Positions 1-9,821 are shown, numbered from the stretch's first letter. The stretch is 64,000 bases of DNA from Deltaproteobacteria bacterium (GCA_021162935.1 JAGGXR010000052.1:56631-120630), one strand, 5' to 3'. Notes: generated from the sequence alone by a model not told the origin. Translations and numbers: made by a program.

Positions 1-552
1 CAGCAAAACAGAAAACAGAACACGGCGGAACGGTGCGGTGACGAGGCCAGCCTCTTCGATGGCACGATCGATGCCCCGCAGGCCCAACAGGGTCAGCCCC
101 GTCACTGCGGGCGCGTAGACCAGGCCGAGAACCAAAACCATACCCAAAGGCGAAAACAAAACGTTGCCGTGCCAGGAACCTGCCGGCGTCCCAGGCGGCA
201 CGAGCAGATAGAACCAACCGAGAGCGGAGAAAAACGGCGGCAAAAAGAGAGGAAACAGGTGTGCAACGAGACAGACACCTCGACCCAACACGTCGGATGT
301 CGCCAGAAACAGGGCCAGGCTCACTCCGACCATGAGCGCCACGATGGTCACCGAAACGCCCAGAACCACCGTCTTGCCCAGCAGGCTCCAGACGCGCCCT
401 CCACCGATCAGAGACGACAGCATCGAGGTCCAAGCGGGCGTTCGAAGCAGACCCACGACCAGCGCCAGAAACGGCATGAGACACAACCCGACAACGACGC
501 TCACCATCAGCCCCATGACCAACGATCGTTCGGTCTTGCGCCAGCCCATCAT
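1..552 (-). CDS. ABC transporter permease (Fe3+-type, FbpB-like), N-terminal ~184 aa only; gene continues past the window edge
   Basis: The minus-strand frame is open from an ATG ATG GGC TGG start (reverse complement of 541-552) to position 1. Translation MMGWRKTERSLVMGLMVSVVVGLCLMPFLALVVGLL...VLVLGLVYAPAVTGLTL is multi-TM and typical of ABC permeases. It lies 72 bp downstream of the Fe3+ binding-protein gene on the same strand. The six-frame track omits it because no stop falls inside the window. Confidence 0.6.
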   Translation of the reverse strand, partial: MMGWRKTERSLVMGLMVSVVVGLCLMPFLALVVGLLRTPAWTSMLSSLIGGGRVWSLLGKTVVLGVSVTIVALMVGVSLALFLATSDVLGRGVCLVAHLFPLFLPPFFSALGWFYLLVPPGTPAGSWHGNVLFSPLGMVLVLGLVYAPAVTGLTLLGLRGIDRAIEEAGLVTAPFRRVLFSVLL

Positions 553-624
553 GGCACGCCTGCCCCTGATCGAATTTCCAGGAGACACCCGTTCGAACGC
601 ACATTTCTCGACGGCATCGGCACG

Positions 625-1764
625 CTACAGGCCCGACCATTTCCGCAGAAACGACTGCATGTGCTCCAACGCGTCGGCTGCCTTTTCGTAATCCACGTTC
701 GTGCGCTTCAACGATGCGGGCCAGGAAACTCCCCGTTTCGACTTCGGCACCTTCACATCGGGTCGCAAAGGCAGATAGGACCCCGTGTCAACGAGCCGAC
801 GCTCCACGTCTTTGGACACAAGACATTCGAGGAGTTTCCGTGCCAGTTTGGCGTGAGGCGCCCCCTTGATCAACACGACAGTCGATGGCATGACCACGGT
901 GCCCATGCCCTGCTGGTCTGGAAACACGACCGCCACGTTGGCACGATCACGGACCGCCTCGGCGGCGTCCTCGGTATCCGTCAGGCCGAAGGCCACCTGG
1001 CCTGCGACCACGAGCCGTTTGACTTCCCCGTTCGATCCAACGATTTTGACGCCGTTGTCCTTGATCCTGTCCATGAAGGTCCGGGTCTTGGCCTCGCCCC
1101 ATATGGAAGCGAGGGCAGCCACGTGCATGGTCGTCGTACCATACAACGGACTGGCCATGGCCACCTTGCCCTTCCATTTTGGATCGACCATGTCCAAAAT
1201 CGACGTGGGCATCTGATCCGCCGGCACCAGTGCTTTGTTGACCAACAGGATCCTGGCCCTGGCCGCAACGCCCGTCCAGGTGCCGTCGCCAGCGCGAAAC
1301 ACACCAGGCAGATCCGACGCCGCTTTGGGTCGATAAGCCACCACGAGCCCCCGCCGCACGAGCAACGCCGACCGCACCGGATCACCAGACCAGAATAGGT
1401 CCGCCTGGGGATGATTCCGCTCCGCGATGAGCCGATTGAGCACCCCGGTACTCTTGGTCTCTTCCGTGTCGTACAGGCCGCGAACCTCAATCCCTGTCTT
1501 CTTCGAGCAGTAGCGGAAAATCGGCTGGGCATCCACCTGATCGACCGAGGTGTAGACCACCACAACCTTGTGCTGGACACAGCCGCGGCACCCAACGTCC
1601 GTTACGGACAGCAAACTCAGCGCGACCATGAGGATTGACAACGAACCAAAGCGCCGCGAGATCCTGCCTCTCAAATCTCCCACGCATGACGTCCCGCCAC
1701 GTGGAAATCCTGTCCATCGTCGTGCCTGTCGATTCATGAAGCAATGCCTCCAATTCTGTTCCAT
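625..1764 (-). CDS. Fe3+ ABC transporter periplasmic substrate-binding protein (FbpA/AfuA family)
   Basis: 379-aa ORF with a signal-like segment (MVALSLLSV...) and a solute-binding family 1 fold typical of iron(III) binding proteins (…LVVAGQVAFGLTDTEDAAEA…, …GSNGEVKRLVVAG…). A permease gene follows. The true start may be an internal Met. Confidence 0.75.
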   Translation of the reverse strand: MEQNWRHCFMNRQARRWTGFPRGGTSCVGDLRGRISRRFGSLSILMVALSLLSVTDVGCRGCVQHKVVVVYTSVDQVDAQPIFRYCSKKTGIEVRGLYDTEETKSTGVLNRLIAERNHPQADLFWSGDPVRSALLVRRGLVVAYRPKAASDLPGVFRAGDGTWTGVAARARILLVNKALVPADQMPTSILDMVDPKWKGKVAMASPLYGTTTMHVAALASIWGEAKTRTFMDRIKDNGVKIVGSNGEVKRLVVAGQVAFGLTDTEDAAEAVRDRANVAVVFPDQQGMGTVVMPSTVVLIKGAPHAKLARKLLECLVSKDVERRLVDTGSYLPLRPDVKVPKSKRGVSWPASLKRTNVDYEKAADALEHMQSFLRKWSGL

Positions 1765-1904
1765 TCGGCCTGCAGCAGCTCGTGAGATACCGCCGAACTA
1801 CGGATGATAGAAGGGCCACAAACCGATATTGACCGTCTGGGCCCCGGAATACACCGACGTGTCGCCAGCGTCGATCGACGGAGACCCAGACTTGGGCCGA
1901 TTCT

Positions 1905-1990
1905 GATCGTCACCGTCAGTCCGCCGCCACCGGCGCTCGATCGTCACCGTCAGTCCGCCGCCACCGGCGCTCGATCGTCACCGTCAGTCC
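1905..1990. repeat. 34-bp tandem direct repeat, ~2.5 copies (unit gatcgtcaccgtcagtccgccgccaccggcgctc)
   Basis: Read directly: copies at 1905-1938 and 1939-1972, then a partial third copy 1973-1990 that diverges (…gtccgtgttc). It is intergenic, between the Fe-transporter operon and the antiporter gene. Confidence 0.9.
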
Positions 1991-2250
1991 GTGTTCAACA
2001 AGGCAATTTCAAGGTCGCCCTGCCGGAGGCCCGGTTTTTGTACCCCATCTCTTTTAGCAAGTTATCTATTTTGGTTCATTTTTTTTCGAAACTTCTAGGC
2101 AAGAGGCCGGCCGGCATGGAATATGGAAAACGAATCACCTCCATACGCGAATGCAGCGACACCCGCCGCTCTCGTCTGAGGCGGACGCACTGCGACGCCG
2201 GCAGGTCCTGACTGCCGCAGCCTGCTCGGCGGCCGCCGTGCGAATCATAC

Positions 2251-4167
2251 GTGGAGGGACAAGGCGCGCGAGGGTCCATGGGACTGCAGCACATCAAAAT
2301 GCAGATTCTCGAAATGGGGCTGCTCATCCTCGCGGCGTACTCAGGGGGTAAGCTCGCCCAAAAACTGAAGATTGGCGAGGTCGTGGGCCAAATCCTCGGT
2401 GGCGTGATCGTGGGCCCACACTTTCTCGAACTGATCCACAAGATCCTCGTGCATTACGACTGGCTCCAACGCTACGTGGTGTTCAGGCCAATCTATCACT
2501 TCTATGACACGCAGTTTCCCGAATACGCCCGAGTGCTGGAAGGCTATCATTTCTTCGTATTCCTGTTCCTGGGCATCATCGCCTTCTCCATCGGCGAAGA
2601 ACTCCACCGAGATCGTCTCAGACAGGTGGGAATCGCGGCCACGATGATCTGCGTCCTGCAGGCTCTCCTCACGTTTCTCCTCGGCTTTCTCGGATTTTGG
2701 CTCATCTTCAGGTTCTCGGTCATCAATGCGCTGCTCATGGGCGCCATCGGCATCGCCACAGCCCCAGCCCTCACGTTCGTCCTCATGAACAAATTGAAGG
2801 TCGAAGGACAGCTCAAAAGCATTTTGGCAAACATCGTGGTCCTCGATGACATCATCGAGGTCGTTTTCTTCTCGGTCATCCTCGGCATCGCCCTGGCGCT
2901 CCAGCGCGGAGGCAGCATCTCCTCCACGCATCTCGCCATCGAAGTCATCAAAGAACTCCTCTTCGCAGCGGGAATCGGCGCTCTCATCTTCTTGCTCCTC
3001 AAGGTCTTCATCCGAAAGAAAATGCCCACGGAAGATGAAGTCGCAGCCGAGCCCAATTTTCTCTCCATGGTCATGTCGGAACACCCGACTCCGTCGCTCG
3101 AAATCCTCGTCGTGATCACGGGCATCGTGGCCGTCGGCCTCGCCGTCGCCATCGAATTCAATCTCCCTTTCCTCATCACAGCCGTGGTCGCCGGCTTCCT
3201 GGTTTCGAATTTCCATTCCCATGCCCTGTTCGATTCCCTGAAAATCGAAAACGTGATGCCTCTGTTCAACCTGATGTTCTTTGCGATCATCGGTTCGAGC
3301 GTCCGGGTGGAAAGCCTATCGAGCGGCGTGCTCGTCTACGTCATTGGCTACTTGGTTTTCCGGACCGTTGGAAAGCTGGTGGGAAACTGGGCCGGATGTC
3401 GACTGACGGCCCAGGACCCGAAGATCACGGCCTGCCTGCCGAAACTCATGCTGCCTCAGGCCGGCATGGCGGCTGTGGAAACCATTCTCGTGGCAACGGT
3501 CCTGAAACAATCGGGCGGGATGAAGCTTTTCAATACCATCATTCCCGCCCTGGTCGTGTTCGAACTCGTGGGGGCCTGGTTGTCGGAAAAGACCCTCCTG
3601 AAATGGAAGAGCTGGACCGTTGGCGAACGCGAAGCGCTCGACGCGCCCCACGTTGCGGGAAGCGGATTCTCTCTCCACGAACTGATCGGACAACGGATCT
3701 GCAGATTGATGGCACAGACCAGGGATGATGCCATCTTTGAACTCGGAACATTTTGCGTCAGCCAACGAATCATCCCTGAGGTCGGTATTCTAACCAACCC
3801 GGTACGGGAACGGGAAAAGCTCGCATCCACGGCCATTGGTGACGGCATCGCCCTGCCCCACTTCCGAACGGGCCTGCTCAAGCGAACCGTCGTCGTATGC
3901 GGCCTATTGCAGCATCCCGTGGACTGGAATGCGCCGGACCACCAGCCGGTGGATCTGGTTTTTCTCCTCATCAGCCCGGAACAATACCCCGAAGAGCACC
4001 TGGAAGCGATCCGCGCCATCGGTCTGGCCTTGCGGAAGCCCGACTTCCGAGACGGCCTGACACAGGCCGTCGCAGACGGCACGACCGCAGCCTATCTCAA
4101 GAGTTTCACGGAAGCGAAAAAAGACGCCCCAACCGCCGACTTCACGGGGCAAACTGCTCAAACGTGA
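2251..4167 (+). CDS. Cation:proton antiporter (CPA / Na+-H+ exchanger family) fused to a C-terminal PTS EIIA type-2 (EIIA-Ntr/PtsN-like) domain
   Basis: The N-terminal ~400 aa are multi-TM with a Na_H_exchanger-like pattern (GEVVGQILGGVIVGP, …LANIVVLDDIIEVV…). The C-terminal ~150 aa carry the EIIA-2 signature around the phosphorylatable His (…STAIGDGIALPHFRTGLLKRTVVVCGLLQHPVDW…DLVFLLISPEQ…HLEAIRAIGLAL). Start is uncertain: GTG 2251, ATG 2278 or ATG 2299. Confidence 0.75.
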   Translation: MEGQGARGSMGLQHIKMQILEMGLLILAAYSGGKLAQKLKIGEVVGQILGGVIVGPHFLELIHKILVHYDWLQRYVVFRPIYHFYDTQFPEYARVLEGYHFFVFLFLGIIAFSIGEELHRDRLRQVGIAATMICVLQALLTFLLGFLGFWLIFRFSVINALLMGAIGIATAPALTFVLMNKLKVEGQLKSILANIVVLDDIIEVVFFSVILGIALALQRGGSISSTHLAIEVIKELLFAAGIGALIFLLLKVFIRKKMPTEDEVAAEPNFLSMVMSEHPTPSLEILVVITGIVAVGLAVAIEFNLPFLITAVVAGFLVSNFHSHALFDSLKIENVMPLFNLMFFAIIGSSVRVESLSSGVLVYVIGYLVFRTVGKLVGNWAGCRLTAQDPKITACLPKLMLPQAGMAAVETILVATVLKQSGGMKLFNTIIPALVVFELVGAWLSEKTLLKWKSWTVGEREALDAPHVAGSGFSLHELIGQRICRLMAQTRDDAIFELGTFCVSQRIIPEVGILTNPVREREKLASTAIGDGIALPHFRTGLLKRTVVVCGLLQHPVDWNAPDHQPVDLVFLLISPEQYPEEHLEAIRAIGLALRKPDFRDGLTQAVADGTTAAYLKSFTEAKKDAPTADFTGQTAQT

Positions 4168-4244
4168 GTAGAGGCTCGCCCGCACGAACACACCTTCAAC
4201 GATCGAGCATGGAGGCAGGGAACATGAGCGACGACGTGATCCGT

Positions 4245-5249
4245 TCAGTGCCTGACCGGCGAGCGGGGCCTCGATGCCCCTCTCGCACCGGAGCGTACGC
4301 CGGAACGCGCCGCTGACCGCGCAGCAGGCCTCGCTCCTCCTCGCGCCGTTGACCGCGCAGCAGGCATCGCTCCTCCTCGCGCCCCTGCCTGTGCCGCAGA
4401 CAGTGATCCACTCGGTGCCGTCTTCGCATCGACAGGTGACGCCATAAAATGGTCGAAGTTGGTCCTCGCATCCGACTTGGTCCACAGTCCGACTTTGCCC
4501 GGCGCCATGAAGGTCTTGTCGAACAGGTCGAGGAGCTTCTTTCCGTCCAGATAGCACTGGATGTGAGCACCGGTCATCACGGCGCGGACCTGATGCCACC
4601 CCTTGTGGGGTCGCTTCGTCCTGGCCGATCCCAACATCGTACGCACACCGCCCTTCACGTGGTAGACGCGAAAGTTGTCTTCGAGTGGATTGTAGCGCAC
4701 CACATAATAATTCTTGCCGTCCTTGGCTCGCCAGGCAACACCACCGCCCTGATCGATCCGCCCCTTGACCGTCTTGAGCTTCACGGACAGGTCCACGTCG
4801 CCCGTCACTGGGCTGGTCGAAAGCACCACGTTGTATCGGCTGTCCGGTCCAACCCCCTGCTGCGCCAACACCTTGGGCCCCGACGGAGCCGTCCGATCCG
4901 CCACCACGGCCCACTTCCCAGAGGTCACCAGGAACCCCTTGGGCAAAGCACCCAGGGCCGCCTTCTCGAAATCCCAGGTCACCGGAGCCGTCAACCCCGG
5001 CTCAGCCGCCGCTGTCCCGCCCGCCGTTGGCACCTTCTTTGGCATTCGCGGCAGATTCGGTTTCGGACTCGACATCCCGGCCGGCCGCGCCGACGTCTTC
5101 GCCTGCTTGCTCGCCCCGGACTTTTCGACCCTACTCTTGTGGCCACAGCCGGTCCCGGCAAACACCATGCCTGCCACGCTGAACAGAACCGCAACCTCCT
5201 TCATTGCACCGATCCCCACCTCTGTTGCCTGTCTGAATCGTCTCGTCAT
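4245..5249 (-). CDS. Secreted/lipoprotein with DUF1080-like (3-keto-disaccharide hydrolase / concanavalin-type jelly-roll) domain and an Ala/Arg-rich C-terminal tail
   Basis: Signal-like N-terminus MTRRFRQATEVGIGAMKEVAVLFSVAGMVFAGTGC (alternative start 5204). The central domain matches the DUF1080 pattern (…GDVDLSVKLKTVKG…GGGVAWRAKDGKNYYVVRYNP…GWHQVRAVMTGAHIQCYLDGKKLLDLFD…GKVGLWTKSDARTNFDHF). The C-terminal ~65 aa A/R/G-rich tail is encoded by a 36-bp tandem repeat. Confidence 0.5.
   Translation of the reverse strand: MTRRFRQATEVGIGAMKEVAVLFSVAGMVFAGTGCGHKSRVEKSGASKQAKTSARPAGMSSPKPNLPRMPKKVPTAGGTAAAEPGLTAPVTWDFEKAALGALPKGFLVTSGKWAVVADRTAPSGPKVLAQQGVGPDSRYNVVLSTSPVTGDVDLSVKLKTVKGRIDQGGGVAWRAKDGKNYYVVRYNPLEDNFRVYHVKGGVRTMLGSARTKRPHKGWHQVRAVMTGAHIQCYLDGKKLLDLFDKTFMAPGKVGLWTKSDARTNFDHFMASPVDAKTAPSGSLSAAQAGARGGAMPAARSTARGGARPAARSAARSGVRSGARGASRPRSPVRH
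4308..4390. repeat. 36-bp tandem repeat (~2.2 copies) inside the 3' end of the 4245-5249 gene
   Basis: cgccgctgaccgcgcagcaggcctcgctcctcctcg (4308-4343) is followed by cgccgttgaccgcgcagcaggcatcgctcctcctcg (4344-4379) and a partial third copy. On the minus strand it encodes the repeated …ARGGA(M/R)PAARS(T/A)… peptide. Confidence 0.85.
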
Positions 5250-5874
5250 GATCGTTTCTCCCTCGGCCGACTGGCCAGGCCCTCTCGTCCCTGCCGACGA
5301 GCCTTCGAAACAATGGACCACCCGATACCAACTGCGCCCCGCACGCATCGTCCCTATTTGTATGTCGGTTCGGCGGATGGTGGAAGCAGAATTTCTTCAG
5401 ACGAACGCCATGCTACTCCGTCCGGACCCGAGCAAGGACACACAACTTCTGTTTTCGAGGGATCCGAACATTCGTTCACCGACAACGGGTACCGATACTT
5501 CGCCGTGGTCACCAACATGGACGGCGACGGCACCCAGATTATCCGCTGGCATTGGGCCAAACACGGCAGCACCGAAAACGGCCACGAAGTCGCAAAAAAT
5601 CAACTTGGCGCCGCCGTGCTGCCACGAGCAGATTCTGTTTACCCGATTACCCGACAACCCGACGATTGAGGGCCAATACCGGTCTTGCGAACCATCTCTT
5701 GGTGATCTAGTCTTCGGCTCGTCTTCGACTCGGTCATTGGCATCGATCTCGGCCAAAAGACCGATAGGAAGACCTCGTCGGAAACGGACAGGCCAACGCG
5801 GCAAAAAAGCCACTGCAACGCCACGCGGACATGCAACAGCACACTCAGAAAACGCAGAAAATGGTGAACCTACA

Positions 5875-7770
5875 GTGACACGAAAAAAGAAGCGACAGTC
5901 GTCAGGCGTGAAGCACTGGCTCACGGAAACCAAGGCAGGAAACGTAACCTGGCGAATCGGAGCGGCGCTGCTGTCGGGCTCCATGTGGTTTTTGGCCTGC
6001 GCCGACTTCGACATCTGGCCTCTGGCCTGGATTGCCATGGTTCCCACCCTTTGGGCGATTCGGGGCCAGAAGGCGAAACCCGCCTTCTGGTATGCCTACC
6101 TGGCGGGCATCGTGGCCAACGCCGGAGGCTTCTATTGGATCGTCGGTTTGCTGGAGCGATTCGGCAACATGCCGACCATTGCCGCCCTGCCCATCTTCCT
6201 TCTGATGGCGGCCTACCAAGGAATCGAGTTCGGTCTCTTCGGCTGGTGGATTTCTGTGCTGGAGCGCCGCACCCATTCGGGAGCAACCTGGTTCGCCCCG
6301 GTGCTCATGGTGGCCATCGAGCTGGTGACGCCACTCATTTTCCCATGGTACCTGGCGATCACGCAGGCCTGGGTGGTCCCGGTGATCCAGGTGGCGGACC
6401 TGGCGGGCCCGTTGGGCGTGACCTTCTTGTTGCTCGTGGCCAACGGGGCGGTCTACGACCTGCTGGATGCGGCAGCGGCACACAAAAAAATCCCGTGGCG
6501 CAGAGCGTCCATTGCGGCCGGAGTGCTCGTCGCAGCCCTTGTCTATGGTCAGATTCGTCTCCACCAGGTGCGCTCGACCATGAAGCAGGCCGAACACATC
6601 AAGATCGGAGTGGTCCAAGGCAACTTCGGAATCAATCTGAAGGGACAAAAAGGCTACCTTGCAAAACAACTCCAGGTGCACCAAGCCGTGAGCCATTTTC
6701 TCAAGGAACAGGGAGCCAAGTTAATCGTCTGGCCCGAATCGTCCTACCCCTATCCCATCGATCGAAACATCACCTCGGCGTCGGAGCTTCCTCCGGCCAT
6801 CCAGTTTGCACCTGATCTGGGCATTCCGATGATCATCGGTGCCATCACTGTGAAATGGAGCAAACAGAACCGCCCAAACAAGGTGTTCAACTCAGCCTTG
6901 ATGGTCGATGCCCAGGGACGCGTCACAGGCGTCTACGACAAGATGTACCTGCTTATTTTCGGCGAGTACATCCCGTTCCACGATGAACTGAGCTTCATGA
7001 AAAAGTTCTTCGAACATCACCGCATGTCCCATTTCGACCGGGGAAAGAAAGTGACCACCTTCCCCCTCGAATACAAGGACAACAGCTACCGAATCGGGCC
7101 GTTGATCTGCTACGAGGACATCATCACGTCATTCGGCAGGGCCCTGGCGGACCACAAGCCAAACCTTTTGGTGAACATCACGAACGACGCCTGGTTCGGC
7201 AACACGTCCGAGCCGTATGAGCACCTCGCCCTGGCTGTCTATCGAAGCGTGGAGCACCGCCTCGCCCTGGTCCGCGCCGTCAACACTGGCGTGTCCACCA
7301 TCGTGCTTCCCACTGGAAAACTCGGCCAGGAAACGCCGACGACCGGATCCAAAACTCCTCCCGGCAACGCTTTGGACCCGGCCATCGCCATGGAGACAGC
7401 GGGGTTCAAGCGACTATCCAAGGGTCTCTACCAAGCCAGGTCCTGGCCCCACCCGCATGCGCTCCTGGTTACGGCCCCCCTCATGCCAGCCCACGAAACG
7501 GTCTACGCCAAGGTGGGCGACATCTTCGGATACGCCAACCTGCTGCTGACCATTTACCTGCTCGTGTTCTTCAAACGCAAGACCTGGCGTAAACTCTTCA
7601 AGCGACAGTATGTACGATCGACAAGCGGCACTGAAACGCAGGACGAGAAAAGCAGCAAACAGGGTGGAACGAAGGCGAAAGCAGCTCTGAAAACGCCACA
7701 GAAAGGGAAAAGAAAAAAACAAACCAAAGCCCCGAAGTCATCGAAGAAGACGGGGAGGCAATCTTCCTGA
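5875..7770 (+). CDS. lnt: Apolipoprotein N-acyltransferase
   Basis: N-terminal multi-TM region followed by a CN-hydrolase domain (…KIGVVQGNFG…LIVWPESSYP…GPLICYEDII…NITNDAWFG…), with topology and length matching Lnt. The track ORF (4765-7770) carries a spurious ~370-aa upstream extension that overlaps the minus-strand gene. Start is placed at GTG 5875; alternatives are GTG 5908 and ATG 5983. There is a Lys-rich C-terminal tail. Confidence 0.8.
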   Translation: MTRKKKRQSSGVKHWLTETKAGNVTWRIGAALLSGSMWFLACADFDIWPLAWIAMVPTLWAIRGQKAKPAFWYAYLAGIVANAGGFYWIVGLLERFGNMPTIAALPIFLLMAAYQGIEFGLFGWWISVLERRTHSGATWFAPVLMVAIELVTPLIFPWYLAITQAWVVPVIQVADLAGPLGVTFLLLVANGAVYDLLDAAAAHKKIPWRRASIAAGVLVAALVYGQIRLHQVRSTMKQAEHIKIGVVQGNFGINLKGQKGYLAKQLQVHQAVSHFLKEQGAKLIVWPESSYPYPIDRNITSASELPPAIQFAPDLGIPMIIGAITVKWSKQNRPNKVFNSALMVDAQGRVTGVYDKMYLLIFGEYIPFHDELSFMKKFFEHHRMSHFDRGKKVTTFPLEYKDNSYRIGPLICYEDIITSFGRALADHKPNLLVNITNDAWFGNTSEPYEHLALAVYRSVEHRLALVRAVNTGVSTIVLPTGKLGQETPTTGSKTPPGNALDPAIAMETAGFKRLSKGLYQARSWPHPHALLVTAPLMPAHETVYAKVGDIFGYANLLLTIYLLVFFKRKTWRKLFKRQYVRSTSGTETQDEKSSKQGGTKAKAALKTPQKGKRKKQTKAPKSSKKTGRQSS

Positions 7771-7884
7771 TGGGTCACTTCTCGAGGGTCGCATCCAACG
7801 AGAACGAGGCACATCCAACCCATGGAGAAAATACAACAGACAGGCCGCATGGATAAGGCGGAACAAGAGGCATAGGAGGACATC

Positions 7885-8655
7885 ATGGACATTCGAGACA
7901 AAGTCGTGGTCGTGACCGGCGGAGCCCAAGGCATCGGGTTCGCCATCGCAGAACGGTTCGCCAAGGCCGGCGCCAAGCTCGTCCTGGGAGACATCAAACA
8001 GGACGTCCTCGACGAGGCAAAGCAGAAACTGTCGGCCACCGGAGCCAAGGTGCATGCCGTGGTCTGCAACGTGTCCAAGGAAGAAGACGCCGAGCGCCTC
8101 ATGCAGGCCGCGGTGGACGAGTTCGGACGCCTGGACGTGGCCGTGCTCAACGCAGGCATCCTGCGCGACGGTCTCCTCCTCAAACTGGACAAGGAGACAG
8201 GCAAGGTCAAGCGCAAGATGAGTCTGGAACAGTGGCAGATGGTCATCGACGTGAACCTGACCGGCGTGTTCCTCACCGGCAGGGAAGCAGCCGTCCGCAT
8301 GGCTGAGTTGGGCAACGGAGGCGCCATCGTCATGATGTCGAGCATCGCCGCCGAGGGCAACTTCGGCCAGACGAACTACAGCGCCACCAAGGCGGGGGTT
8401 CGGGCCATGGCGGTCACCTGGTCTCGGGAACTGGCTCGATACGGCGTGCGCGTCGCCGCCGTCGCGCCAGGCTTCATCGGCACCCCGATGGTCAAGAAAG
8501 ACATGAAGGCAGAAGCCCTGGAGAAACTACTCAAGATGGTGCCGGCCGGACGTCTGGGAGAGCCGGACGAAGTGGCCCACACCTGCCAGTTCATCGTCGA
8601 AAACGACTTCATCACCGGCGTCACCCTCGGCGTGACGGGCGGCATGAAGCTGTAG
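7885..8655 (+). CDS. SDR-family oxidoreductase (3-oxoacyl-ACP reductase FabG-like)
   Basis: Rossmann motif [16 protein letters not shown], catalytic N…S…YSATK (…[22 protein letters not shown]…). AGGAGG Shine-Dalgarno 5 nt upstream of the ATG. Confidence 0.9.
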   Translation: MDIRDKVVVVTGGAQGIGFAIAERFAKAGAKLVLGDIKQDVLDEAKQKLSATGAKVHAVVCNVSKEEDAERLMQAAVDEFGRLDVAVLNAGILRDGLLLKLDKETGKVKRKMSLEQWQMVIDVNLTGVFLTGREAAVRMAELGNGGAIVMMSSIAAEGNFGQTNYSATKAGVRAMAVTWSRELARYGVRVAAVAPGFIGTPMVKKDMKAEALEKLLKMVPAGRLGEPDEVAHTCQFIVENDFITGVTLGVTGGMKL

Positions 8656-8751
8656 CCACCGGGCGAAAACGTCATCCACCTGTAGCCCCCCCGGGCAAAA
8701 ACGTCTTTCTGATTTTCCTCGATGAAGGGCGCGATTCGGCTCTGAGACAGC

Positions 8752-9621
8752 CTACATGGGCTCCTGAAAGGTGCCGGTCCCAGACGACGTCTGACCTTCC
8801 ATTCCAGCCGATTCGGTGACCTGACGTTTGAGATTCCTCAGCCGAATGGCCAAAATCGTCACCAAGAACCCTAGAATCAACAGCCCAACCAGGGCGGCAA
8901 TCGCCACAACCTTGAGGGTTTGGCCAGAAGACTCCACGGGAGTCGCTTCGATCTTGCTGGCTGCAGTTCCCTGCTGGACGAGGACGCTCACGTTCTTGGA
9001 ATCCAGTCCGGCCACCGATCCTGCTACCAAGGACTGAATGGCTGCAAGCGACGCGGGCGTCTTACCCGCCTCCACCTTGAGATACACCGACGCCTTGGGT
9101 TGTGGCTTGGGCGCCTCGGGGTCGGCAAGGGGCGAACGCCGCGGCACCACGAGGTGCACGCGGGCATCGAGAACCCCGTCCATCCGCTTGAGGGTCTTGG
9201 ACAACTCACCCGACATGGCATAGACCATCTTGATGTGTTCTTCGGTCGAGGTGGGCACGAGGCCCGAACCACCGAACACCTCGCCGACGCCCTTGTCCTT
9301 GGGTCTGGGAAGATTCTCGATCAGGAGCACATCAAAGGCCTTGGACGCCTGCTTCACCGGCACGGTGATGGTGAACGCCGGTTTGCGGCCTTTTTCCTTG
9401 ACCTTGGTCGCCTCGATCCCCGCCTTGCGCAGCTTGAACACGATCAGATTCGCCTGTCGCTCGTCCAGGCCATGTTGGATCTCCGTGCCGCCGCAACCGG
9501 CAAACACACCGATGCCGGCAACCATGACCCAAAACGCCAGCCCAATGGGCAGCCAACGATGGAACTTTACGGTCCCAGCAGCGAACAGGCCACGATCGGC
9601 CCCGGACTCGGCAGCAATCAT
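8752..9621 (-). CDS. sctJ: Type III secretion inner-membrane ring lipoprotein, SctJ (YscJ/EscJ/PrgK family)
   Basis: Lipoprotein signal with lipobox (…GIGVFAGC). The mature N-terminus GGTEIQHGLDERQANLIVFKLRKAGIEA… and the second domain …DVLLIENLPRPK…EEHIKMVYAMSGELSKTLKRMDGVLDARVHLVVP align by eye with EscJ/PrgK. A C-terminal TM helix is present (VVAIAALVGLLILGFLVTILAI). Length ~290 aa, so SctJ rather than FliF. The track ORF (500 aa, 8752-10254) carries a spurious upstream extension. Confidence 0.75.
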   Translation of the reverse strand: MIAAESGADRGLFAAGTVKFHRWLPIGLAFWVMVAGIGVFAGCGGTEIQHGLDERQANLIVFKLRKAGIEATKVKEKGRKPAFTITVPVKQASKAFDVLLIENLPRPKDKGVGEVFGGSGLVPTSTEEHIKMVYAMSGELSKTLKRMDGVLDARVHLVVPRRSPLADPEAPKPQPKASVYLKVEAGKTPASLAAIQSLVAGSVAGLDSKNVSVLVQQGTAASKIEATPVESSGQTLKVVAIAALVGLLILGFLVTILAIRLRNLKRQVTESAGMEGQTSSGTGTFQEPM

Positions 9622-9821
9622 CACGACCCTTCTCCTGTCTTGCGCCCTCTTGTCTTGCGCCCTCTCCTGCCACAACGCACCCAAGGCCGATTTCTTAGCG
9701 AAAGACCGCACCCCTGGCAAGGACAATAGATGAATCCAACAGATATACCGGTCGTCCGGCTGGCTACCCGCCAACCGGACGGCCGACTGCCGACACGGGT
9801 CTCCCGGCCGTCGTTCGGTCG

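Noticed and set aside
169-1398. 409-aa plus-strand ORF, His/Arg/Gln-rich
   Set aside because: It is antisense to the well-supported Fe3+ binding-protein and permease genes and has a composition typical of out-of-frame GC-rich sequence. Spurious.
3904-5669. Long overlapping ORFs 3904-4914(-) and 4449-5669(+), plus the 4765-5874 N-terminal part of the 1001-aa ORF
   Set aside because: They overlap each other and the DUF1080-like gene in alternative frames. Only the lnt part (from ~5875) and the 4245-5249 minus-strand ORF show family-like sequence. High-GC ORF inflation.
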